Assembly (NCBI RefSeq): GCF_048593235.1
Contig: NC_133618.1
Location: 103,571,919 to 103,635,918 of the forward strand
Reading direction: 5' to 3'
Source of the DNA: Sminthopsis crassicaudata
Taxonomy: Eukaryota
DNA: 64,000 nt
Below the pieces are notes generated by a model. That model made no database searches. It was not told where the DNA came from and saw only the letters and a list, made by a program, of their open reading frames with translations. The position numbers were made by a program, and so were the translations under genes. Positions 51,841 to 64,000 of the stretch are shown in pieces; the stretch's first letter is position 1, and each line of letters begins with the position of its first letter.

Positions 51841-52733
51841 TAAGAACTAGTGAAGTAAAGTGGTTATTTCAACATCACACAGTGAAATCAGGGCAAAGGG
51901 AAAAGCAAAGAGAATAACTGTCTTTTTTCTGTTTTAGCTCCAACACAAGTTTAAATTCCAGATTAGAGCTAGAATTAGTTTTGACTTTATATTAGATTCC
52001 AGTTAGACATTTTACTGCAGTGGAATTTTGAAGAAGTCACTTAACTTCATTTGGTTTTCTCATCTATAAAGTGAGGATAATAATAACTCTAATTCCCAGG
52101 GTGTTATGAAGATCTACAATAACATAAAGTTCTTTGCAAACCTTAATAATAATAATAAAGGCTAGCAAAAGTGCCATATAAATGTTATATTAAATAGTTA
52201 ACTATTATGACTATTATTAGCAAGCTATTATTGTTGTTATTATCAGAATGGTTTCAGGACAGCTGGACAGCATAATGGATAGAGTCCCAGGCTTGGAGGC
52301 AGAAAGATTTGAGTTTAAATCCGAAGTTATTGTGTGATCCTGGGCAAGCCATTTAATCTTGATTTGCTTTAGTTTTCTCAGCTATAAAAATAGGGATAAT
52401 AATGGTACCTTCCTCCTAGTGTTCTTATTACCATCAAGTGAGATATTTGTAAAGTACTTAGAATTGCGCCTGGCACATAGTAAGGGATAAAAATATTAGG
52501 TATTATTTTAATAGTATTATCATTGGTGAAATAGCACTTCCTCTTTAGATAAATTAGATCTCTAGCCTTTTTGTTAAAAAGGAAGAATACAACATATGTT
52601 AAATATTAGAAACACAATTACTAGTATAGAAAGATCTTCATATTCTTGAGATAATTTCCTTCACAACTGGTTTAAAAAGTAAAAGCAACAGAAGGTAAGA
52701 TTTCCTAGTAAAGAGGGTTGAGAAACAACTTAG

Positions 52734-53006
<273 letters not shown>

Positions 53007-53200
53007 TAACAGCCCTCTAAACAGGAGACATCTCCAAGCCTTCTAATTGTACCTCTCCCGCACAAGAAATTCTGCCCAAGCCAAAGGGCGTTTTTCCTTA
53101 ACCTCTGCTTCCAAATCTGGATTTGCTAGTGTCTCTGGAGTCAGGGGACCTGGGAGCAAGTCTCACATTAGATACTTACCACCTGTATAATGGTCTAGCT

Positions 53201-53381
53201 TAGTGATCCTCAAACTTTTTAAATAGGGGGACAGTTCACTGTCCTTCAGATTGTGGGAGGGCCAGACTATGGTAAAAACAAAAACTCACACCCCTCAGCC
53301 CATTTGCCATAACCTGGAGGGCGATATAAACGTCCTCAGAGGGCCACATCTGGCCTGTGGGCCATAGTTTGAGAACCCCTG
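53201..53381. mobile_element. OC1/OposCharlie1-like non-autonomous hAT element (MITE), 181 bp
   Basis: TIRs TAGTGATCCTCAAACT and AGTTTGAGAACCCCTG (consensus-like CAGGGGTCCTCAAACT); subterminal ttttaaatagggggacagttcactgtccttcaga and gagggccacatctggcctgtgggccat; 5' flank GTCTAGCT resembles a Charlie NTCTAGAN target, but the 3' TSD is not intact. Confidence 0.75.
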
Positions 53382-54148
53382 CTAGTAGCAGATTATAAAT
53401 TTCCTTATATATAACACAAGGTGGTTAGAATGAATGGTCTCTGAGGTCTCTTCCAACTCCAAATCTATTTTTAAAAAATCATATATTTTGATCACTACAG
53501 CCTTAATAAACCAGGGTGCTTAAGTTCTTTGAGCTAGCAATTAAGAAAAATATAGAAAGATATGCTGGGGGAATGATTTCCTCCTCTGAACCATGATTGG
53601 TCTAATTCACAGCCCTTGGGAATATCTTTCCTGTCCTGAATCAATCCATCCAAGCATTGGGGGTACAATTGCTACCTTTCCATAGCATAGGTGAGATTGG
53701 GACTGATGTGATACTCCAGCCAGCTGATGCTTTGTTGTTGATTGTGGTCAAATTTTTTTTGATGATCTAGGGATGAATTAATTTACTTTGTAGATCACCC
53801 ACAGAAAATGTTGACTCTCAAAATGATTTCCCTTGCCCTTTAGCATGTATGTGGGTCACCTTCTTCTCCTGTTAGCAGTATAATATGTTCATGGGATGAA
53901 AATTCATTTTAATGGAAATCTGGGGGGGGGGGAACTATCATTAGCAAAATAGATAAATGAAAATGAACAAATGTGTAGGTCATTCCAAAATCAAATCCAA
54001 AGAATTTCTGTATTATGCATGATTCAGGATGATTTGCATCTATTACTTATTTGCCTTTATTATGACAGATGCTCAAAAGTTGAATTTTTTTTTCCTTTTG
54101 CATTTGCTTATAAATAGCTCTATTTTGTTACAGCAGCCAAGCAGATGA

Positions 54149-54376
<228 letters not shown>

Positions 54377-55067
54377 TAAGCTATATATTTTCTAGAAATA
54401 TTATGCCATTTTTTTCTATCTCTGGGAAAAGGGTTGCCAACAACTTCTTTTCCTCCGAAGTATGGATTTTCTCTGGAGGAATGCTTCCATATTAATTCTC
54501 CTATCCCTCATGTTCAGGAAGGAGATTTGTCCCTGCTATTCTCCAAGAGATTCCTAGATCAAGTGATCCTTGATGATGTAAGAGAAGAAAAGCATCAGGG
54601 CAGTTTGGCTTCAGAAACCCCAAATGTAGACAGTTGAGTGAAGAGCAAAATGCCTAATTTAAAAGGGTCCTGAAAGACATTGAGGATTCCTGAAGCAAAT
54701 GGAATTTCTTTAGTAGTTACAATATGCTCCCTGCTAGAGCTCTTTCAAGGATAAGAAACACTGTGGAAAGGACAGGATTTAGGAGAGGCCATAGTGTGAT
54801 TCACTAGATCACATTTTTTTCCTCCTCTCAAAATACAGAATATCATTATTTGAAGTCAGATGACTTGAATTCAAATCTTGTCTTAGACGTTTACATGGTA
54901 ACTTAAAAGGGACATGAACCATGAATAGAAAAGCAAAACCCACAGAAAAACTTGAATGGTGTTTTTTCAGACATACCAATTATTTATCAAAGATTAGGTG
55001 GATAAAAAATTGGTTGTACATTTGCTGAAATGGTTGGTAAAGAGAATGGAAAATGGAGTGGGGATGA

Positions 55068-55280
<213 letters not shown>

Positions 55281-57559
55281 TGAGCTTAGGAAAAAACCAG
55301 GATTAAGCAAGTAGGGATCAGAGTTTACCTACATTCAAATGTAGCTGATTCTGAATCCACCAACCCATAACTTAGAAAGGGAAGATGCCTATGATATATA
55401 AAAGAATATGGAACTTTTCATCTCAAAACAGACATTTTTTTCTTATAGGCAAATAAATTATTAGGGGAGAATAGGAGAAAGCAGATGAGCCTCACAAAAC
55501 ACTCATAAACTCAGTAAAGACTGTAACCAAATTTATTGTATTAGTTAGAAAGGATTGTGTTATCATTCAAGAAGAAGAAAGTCAAGAAAATGTTTATAAT
55601 TTTTCTAAGTATATATGGGAATATATGATCTCTGATCTAAAAAAGATTTGAGAGATTCAATGTCCTCATTTTATGAACAAAGAAATATTATGGCTAGATA
55701 GTGGCAGATCTACTCAGTTCCACTGACTCCCAGGACAGTATTCTTTCCATTTCTCTATTTCTGAATTAATAAGCACTTCATGATTTTTGTCTTATGGCAA
55801 ATCTAGAGGTCAATTTTATACTTAATTTCACCACACAATAACAATGACAACACTTTAGCTTGATCTAAAATCTGATAAAATTAAGAAATAGGTCTTTGAT
55901 CTACTGAGTGTACTCTCCAGGTCAATGATCTGTAGCTTTCTGGCCAGAGTTTTTGGTCAAGTGAAATTTCAAAAACTTAAGAAAGGTGGTTTGGGGAAGA
56001 GGAATGGTGCTATGTTTATAATAGATAACATTGGGGGGAAAAGTAAATTAGCATCAAAAGCTTGGACCTATGATGTTCTAAAATAGCAAAAAATAAATAA
56101 ATAAATAAATAAAATTGGAATGGTGGTAGTAGCAGGCAGTTGAATCAGCTTCCTTGACTAATGCCTTTCCATCCTTAGGATGGCAATAGGCAGAAAAATA
56201 ATTTTTAATTAGTCAATTATGTGGAACACTTACTGTATATTAATCTGTAAATTAGATGTTGCTGGAACATAAAAAGAAAGAAACCTTTATAATAAGAATC
56301 CCACCTTATCTTTTTATCTAGAAAACTTCTTAAAGATTATGATAGCATTCTCCTTTCTCCTTGATACAGTGCACACATACACAGGCTGAAGATACAAGCA
56401 TAATCAAGTGGCTCAAACAAAAATCCCAGACTTTTTAGTTTGGCACTTAAAACTCTTTACAATCTGGATCCAATCCAGATTCTCATTCTTCCCTTTTAGG
56501 TTCTCTATTATCATGACTTGTCACAGTTAAAAGTTAGCTCAGTGCCCATCTACTCCAATTCACCTGGAAAAGACAAATTCCCTCTACATTCACTTACAGA
56601 CATTCCGTAAGTGAGTAAAAGGCAACATATTTCATTGTAGAATAACTCAGATTGTCAGAAAGTTTTTCCTTATATCAAACTGAAATTCTAGATAAACTAC
56701 ATTTCCATCCACCACTTCATCCACTCCTATTGCATCAACAGTACTAGTTTAAGAACCTAATGAAAAAAGGAAACTAAGCATCATGACCTATTCTTGATCA
56801 AATTATGTTAGTTCTTTGGGAACATTGTTTCTTTTTCTAGGTTCTAATAACTAGTTTCTTTGTTCTAGAATTCTGCCAAGAATAAAAGTTAAGTTCATTT
56901 GGTCTGTAGTTTGAAGATTATCTGTTCTGTTTTTTGAAAGTCTGAGTAATGCTTACCTTTATCCAATTTTGCAACATGTCTCCATTATCATTCCAAAATG
57001 ATTGACAAAGACATTCACTTCTCTTGGTTCTTATTAAAGATAGGATTTCTTTTATTAAAATCAGCTAGCCACTTCCTACATATTTATTATGTAGTATCTA
57101 GACCTATAATTTTCTTATTAATAGAGAAAATAGGAGCAAAACTTGGGTTCAAGTCTTACTCCTGACATATACTAGCTAAGTGACACTGGGGAAGTCATTT
57201 AGCTCCTCCACTGAGACTACTGGATTAAAGAGCTCCTGGACCTGGAGTCAGGATGAAATTATTCAAATCCTACCTCGTATACTTGTTAGTTGTATGATCC
57301 TGGACAAGTTATTTAATTTCTGTTTGCCACCAGTTCCTCATCTGTAAAATGGGGATAAGAGCCTACCATCTAGTATTGTTAGGATGATTTTTTTTTTTAA
57401 AAAAGTAATATCTGTAAAGCACTTTGCAAAACCTTAAGAAGCCAGCATTTATGTAATCCATGAGATCTTTCCAAATCTCTTACGTCTTTGAAATCTACTT
57501 TCCCAAAATCTAAGACACATACACCAGAACATTCCTAGCTTTCTTCCCTTATCTATCAA

Positions 57560-57965
57560 AAACTTTTAAGATGTAGTGATCACTTCCTCTCAAAGTTCCC
57601 ACCATGTCTATCTCTAATAACCAGTTTTTCTTTGGTAAGAATTAAACTAATCACAATTTTCTGAATTAATTAAACCCATTTCATACTTTCTTCTTTTTTC
57701 CATCAAACTGTCTCCTATTTTCCTTCCAAATCCAATTCTAAAGTTTACCGTCTATGCTTAGCAAGAGCAATCTGTCCCTTCTCAAAAAACACTTGTTGCA
57801 TATTATGTCTCCCCTTAGCACTAACCTATCTCTAATTTACATTATAATTATTTGATTCTCTTTTTTATCTCCTGGGACCTCAGCTCTCTGAGGGGAGAGG
57901 CCTTGCTTTCTTACTCAGTGCTTTGCTGAGGCATAAGAGGCACTTATTAAATGTTGCATTGAATT
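57560..57965 (+). mobile_element. Old LINE-2 3' fragment
   Basis: cctgggacctcagctctctgaggggagaggccttgc...gcacttattaaatgttgcattgaattaaatcgaatg. Confidence 0.5.
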
Positions 57966-58208
57966 AAATCGAATGTTTGGGAAATGAGAGGAAAAACAAG
58001 GAAATAAAATGACTTATTGGTAGTAGGAAGATGAAATATGCTACATGAGCTATGAATGAGTGAAATGAATGGATGAAAAAATGTTCTAACAAGACAAAGA
58101 AAATAGTAAATGATAAAGACTAGTAGATTTTTGGTTGTTTTGAAAGCTACTATGAGTAGTTGAGGTAGATGTAGGGAGAAAAAAGGGAATCCTAACTTTC
58201 TCTTTTAA

Positions 58209-58490
<282 letters not shown>

Positions 58491-59359
58491 TAATTTCAGA
58501 AATTACTCCAGTATCAAACCCCATCAAGAGGGTAATTCCTTTGACTGGGATGTGTTTGAGTGATACCAATGTTTACTTCTTTAGATTTAAAAATGTCCAC
58601 TATTTTAAAAACACAACTACATTTAGGATGTAGTTTTTAAAAAAAAGTAGTCTGGATAATGATGACAGGTGGACTGCCCCAAGAGTCTACATTTGACTTT
58701 AAGGGTCAAATATATATATAGCACTAAACTTAGTGCCAGAGATATACATACAAAAAACAAAGACAGTTTCTGACCTGCCATAGTGGAGATCCAGCACAGA
58801 ATCCAAATTAAAGTGGGTTTCCTTATAGATAGTGAAATCTTCCAGATGTTCCTGTCAGTGTATGAAACATTACTAGTTGCATCAAGCCCAGAACATTGCA
58901 GAGCCTCCTGGAAGATATTTGTAATCAAGCAAAAAGTACTGTGGTATGGCAATGAGTTGTAGAACAATATTGCATTATATAAAGAATGAAAAAGGAGTTT
59001 CACTCAGAGAATAAGGCAACCAGAAAAGGGATCTGGAGACTATACACTGTGTTAAGTTCTGTGAAGGATATGAGAGCATAATGTAATCACTTCCCTCCAG
59101 GATATTATCATTGAGTTAGGAAGAAAGATTTCCACATATAAAACAATTAGGGAATAATTCAGAAGAGTATCATTATATACTAAATGACATGATTTATATT
59201 CTAAGTATTGTAAAAGGTTAGAGAAGGAAGAAATCTGGCCTGGAATTCCACAGATAGAATTTAAGTTAGGTCTCTAAAAACTGTTCTGTCTGCCAGTTAT
59301 ATCTTTAGGTCATGTTTCTGGAAGAAAGTACAATAAATATTTAAATAAATACAACATTA

Positions 59360-59590
59360 ATAGCTACCATTTAAATAGTGCTTTAACAATTGCAACATGC
59401 TTTTACAAATATTTTCTCATTTTATCTCACAATGACCCCCGGAGGTATGTGCTATTATTATCCCAATTTTACAGATGAGAATATTAAAGCAGGTAAATGT
59501 TAAGTAACTTACCTAACATTACACAGCAAGTAAGCATTTAAGGCTAGATTTGAACTTAGGCCTCCTGACTCCAGGCCCAGTGCTCTGTTC
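59360..59590 (-). mobile_element. MIR/CORE-SINE
   Basis: taatagctaccatttaaatagtgcttta...caattttacagatgagaata...atttgaacttaggcctcctgactccaggcccagtgctct. Confidence 0.7.
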
Positions 59591-59960
59591 TCTATGCTGC
59601 TTCTGTGTATTAGAATTAGAATTCATTCATGTATATGTTTATCACTCAATTAATCAACAACTATTTAAGTGCTTACTATGTGTCAGACAGTCATCACTCA
59701 TAATTTATTAAGCCCCTGCCGTGTGACAAAACATTACACTGAGCGCTAAGGGAAATGGAAAAATTAGGTAGAAGAGAATTCCTGCCTTTGTAGAGTTGAC
59801 TATTTATTCATTGGGAAATCAGAAACCAGTAGCTAGAACACATTCATGGTAGCCCACTAGTGTGGGGACACTTATTATCAAACAGAAACTTACTATATAG
59901 CCGAACCATTTAGTTACAGTTTTCTATAAGAGATCTATGTCTCTGGGATATCACAGCTAG

Positions 59961-60221
<261 letters not shown>

Positions 60222-60906
60222 TAATGGGTGTCAGGGTGGGCACTCCACTTACTGGGGACTCAACAAGCTCTGGCCAGTAGAAGAGGGCATCTAAAAGTAC
60301 TCAGTTGTCACTCAAACCTTTCCTCTAGCCATTGAATGGATGTTTCTAGGGGTCTTATGCTATCACTGGTTTTAAAAAAGAGAAAAAGAACACAGCTATA
60401 AATGTACTTGAATTGAATTTCATAATGTCTGCTGAGTTTGTTGAAACAAACATAATTGCTTAGATAACAATATCATCCAAGACTATATAAATACTATGGA
60501 ATTAAATTTGAATCATCTTCATTTTTCCCCTACTTCAGCCAAGACAAAGGAGGGTTGGTAAACCAGTGGGTTTTTTTGTTTTGTTTTTTTTGTTTTGTTT
60601 GTCTTTGTAAAAAATGGCAAGAAAATTGAATTTTAAGATTTGAATGGAGATGATGGAACCATTAGGAATAAAGTAATTTAAAAGATCTCTAAGGCCTCTT
60701 GTAGACCTATATCAGTGATCCCATAACTGTGAGTAAGGAATATAGGAAAGAAGTGACCACAAATTATATTGGGATGAGATCTTGTTGCCTGTGAGGCCAG
60801 GGTAGATTTAATTTATATGTAAATCTGCCAGATCAAAGTGAGAGCAGATTATGTATTTCTTTTCAAAACCAATTAAAAACTATTCCCCATTTTTGTTCTC
60901 CATTGA

Positions 60907-61107
<201 letters not shown>

Positions 61108-61348
61108 TGAATTAAGTTTATTTCAATTGTATCAAACACTAATAATAGTAAGCATTTACATAGCATTTTAAAGTTCACAAATTCTTTTACATAAATTATC
61201 TCATTTTCTCTTCCTGACAATCTTGTAAAATCGAAACTATTATCATTCCAATTTACAAATGAGGAAATTGAGATAGAAAAAGGTGAAGTGACTTAGCCTA
61301 GTCAGATGGCTGTTGGGTGTCTAATACTAGAAGTCAAGGTTATATGCA

Positions 61349-61620
61349 TGGATAGAATAGAATAGAATTGGATTTGATTGGATTGAATAGAATTGTNNNN
61401 NNNNNNNNNNNNNNNNNNNNNNNNNNNNNNNNNNNNNNNNNNNNNNNNNNNNNNNNNNNNNNNNNNNNNNNNNNNNNNNNNNNNNNNNNNNNNNNNNNNN
61501 NNNNNNNNNNNNNNNNNNNNNNNNNNNNNNNNNNNNNNNNNNNNNNNNNNNNNNNNNNNNNNNNNNNGAGGATAGGATAGGATTGGCTAGAATTGGATAG
61601 GATAGGATACGATTGAATTG
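61349..61620. repeat. Pentanucleotide (ATAGA/ATTGG/ATAGG)n simple repeat spanning a 171-N gap (61397-61567)
   Basis: ggatagaatagaatagaattggatttgattggattgaatagaattg[N]gaggataggataggattggctagaattggataggataggatacgattgaattg. Confidence 0.85.
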
Positions 61621-61895
61621 TTTAGAATTGGTTATACTGAACATTCCTATGATTTCAATAGTATGGGAAAATCCCATAGGAAATTCCCAAAATAGTATGG
61701 GAAGAAACTCCTAACAATACAGGAAATTATCTTTTTTTCCAACTGCTTTTCACAGTTTTGTCTTTCTCTGAGAAGATAACTTTCCTAGGATCACACAACC
61801 AATATGTATCAGAAGAGGGACTTAAAACCAGGTTTTCCATGCTTTAAAGTCCAGATTTCTCTTTACTAAGACTCCCTGCCATTTTGCTGATATTG

Positions 61896-61928
<33 letters not shown>

Positions 61929-61931
<3 letters not shown>

Positions 61932-62295
61932 TTTTATTTTCAAAAATATACATGGATAATTTTTCAACATTGATCCTTGCAAAACTTTGTGTTCCAATTT
62001 TCCTCCCCTTCCTCCCACCCCCTCCCCTAGATGGCAAGTAATCCAATATATGTTAAACATGTTAAATATATATATTTTAAATCCAATATATGTATACAAA
62101 TCAAGTTATCTTGCACAAAATAAAATTAGATCAAAAAGGAAAAAAATGAGAAAAAAAACAAAATGCAAGCAAACAGCAACAAAAAGAATGAAAATGCTCT
62201 CTTGTGATCCACCCTCAGTTCCCACAGTCCTTTCTCTTCAACACAAGATCACTGCAACTGGCCTCAGTCATCTCATTGTTAAAAAGAGCCACATC
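61929..62295 (-). mobile_element. Relatively young LINE-1 3' end fragment
   Basis: gctttttattttcaaaaatacatatggataatttttcaacattgatccttgcaaaac...cccctcccctagatggcaagtaatccaatatatg...gttaaaaagagccacatcca. Confidence 0.75.
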
Positions 62296-64000
62296 CAGCT
62301 GATATTGCTTCATTTTATATCATGTATATTTTTTCTACTGTATCCCTCCTCCCACTCCCCAAAATAGCTAAAATTTTTCATTCAATTCTCAATGAATCTG
62401 TTAATTATGAAGTTTGGTATATAAAATCAGAAGAACAAGTCAGACTTCAGTATTCTCAAAAGACAACCAATCTCATCCATTGTCCTTGGGAGAATTGTTT
62501 ACTACTTTGAAAATTATGAATTATCATATACTTGAGTTAGTTTTTTTCTTTTTTCCACAATTATTTTTCTATTTTGTCTCACTGGAGTTTCAAATGGATT
62601 TTAATAGGTAGCTATGCAATAGGAAAGTTGTTGTTTTTTTAAATCATTGCTTCTTAACACCAAGTCCACTTTGCCATCTGGTTGCCTCTTAATACATACT
62701 GTGTGTAAAGGATTAAGCTAGGAGTAAGGGAGATATAAACCTTTGATTAAAAAAAACACCATACTCCCAGTCTTCATGGAGCTATCTGCAGAGAGACAGA
62801 TAATTGCCAAGTAATACATTGTAGACGGTACCAAAAGAAGAGCTACTTTAAGTATTTTGAGGGGAAAAGTTAACAGAAACTAATCAGAGAAGTCATAATC
62901 TAGGGGCAGGTGGCATTTGAAATGAATTTTAAGGTATGAGAAGGATTTCAAGAGGCATGAAGGGAAGAAAGGACATTCTGAGTATATATATGGAACCATA
63001 TAAGTAAAGGTATAGAGGTAGGAAAGTAAAAGATATTATTTGAGGCTGGAACATAAAGCATGAATATGAAAAGCAATTCAGTTCAACATTTTTAATAAGA
63101 GTATTATGTGCTTGGACACTCTGCTAGGTGATGGGGACCCAAAGGCAAAAAAAATTAAAACAAAAACCAGTTTTTGCATTCAAGGAGTTCACAGTGTAAT
63201 AGAGATATAACATGTAAACATTAACACAACAGTGGAGAGAGAGCATTAACAACTTAAGGGAGCAGGAAAGTTAGCCTTGAAGGAAGTCTGACATTCTAAG
63301 TGGTAAATAGGAGGAGGGAACACATTTTAGGCATGGGGCATATACAGCTTGTACAAAGGCTGTCAGAGGTAATCCAGAGGTTCTCTGGGCAAGGATCGAA
63401 GCACGTTTTGGGGGTGGGGGAAGGAAAGCATATTTCCTTCTCAGGAGTTTGTTGAAGAGTCCTTGAAGGTAGGAATGTGGGGCCAGGAAAAGAGGGATGG
63501 AATGGGAAAATGGGGAGGAATTAAAGTCACAGTGAAGGAGAGCTTTGAAGGTATTTAATTTAATTTAAGACATAAAGAAAGACAGGAAAGATAAAAATGA
63601 ATTTGCAAGTTTGAGATTAGAGAGACAGTCTCGTTTAGGGAGATAAAGTAGGAGAGATTGGATCCTAGAATTTCAAGCTGGAAAGAACCTTGAATATCAT
63701 CTGGTCCATGGCCTTCATTTTATAATTGAACAAAGACCCAGACAAGTTAAGTGATTGCCCAGTTTATGCAGAGTGCGACATCTGACTCCAAATTTCAGAG
63801 TTTTTTTCCTCTATTTCAGGCTGCCTGTCATGTGGAGTGGTATAAAATGTAAAGAATTTTGAGCATCTTACAGAATATGTACCTTATTTCAGTGGAAGTC
63901 ACTGAAGATTTTATAGTATAATATAATAGGATTAATTATAAGGAATCTCATTTAATAAGGGACTTTAGAAGTCATCAAATCCAACCTATACTGAAAAAAA

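Overview
AT-rich, strongly CpG-depleted mammalian genomic DNA with three sized N gaps. The repeats (WSINE1-like and MAR1-like CORE-SINEs, RTE LINE, marsupial-type L1 3' ends) indicate a marsupial, probably a dasyurid; the clade is an inference. The whole window lies inside one + strand gene, EML6 (echinoderm microtubule-associated protein-like 6). I trace 21 constitutive coding exons from 724 to 61095. They total 3055 nt (about 1018 codons), with compatible phases at every junction and no stops. They encode most of the second TAPE (HELP/WD40) unit, the acidic/basic linker and most of the third TAPE unit; start and stop codons lie outside the window. The most interesting signal is missed by the ORF track: three frame-preserving microexon candidates with neural-type TGC-containing acceptors. 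A 15-nt (44877-44891) plus 9-nt (46248-46256) tandem pair rebuilds RQGIVKGSR in the linker, and a 21-nt exon (51202-51222) inserts DIVEIPG. Both inserts match the position and length of inserts I recall in the paralog EML5. Other oddities are a GC donor with a poor consensus, GAG acceptors, two stop-containing cassette candidates, and a cluster of retained CpGs in bZIP-type motifs plus RBFOX motifs between the microexons. Mobile elements include an OC1-like hAT MITE, a solo ERV LTR with a 6-bp TSD, an apparently internally primed L1 ORF2 insertion and a Charlie1-type hAT fossil. All homology calls are from memory, not database searches; repeat boundaries are approximate unless a TSD is quoted.
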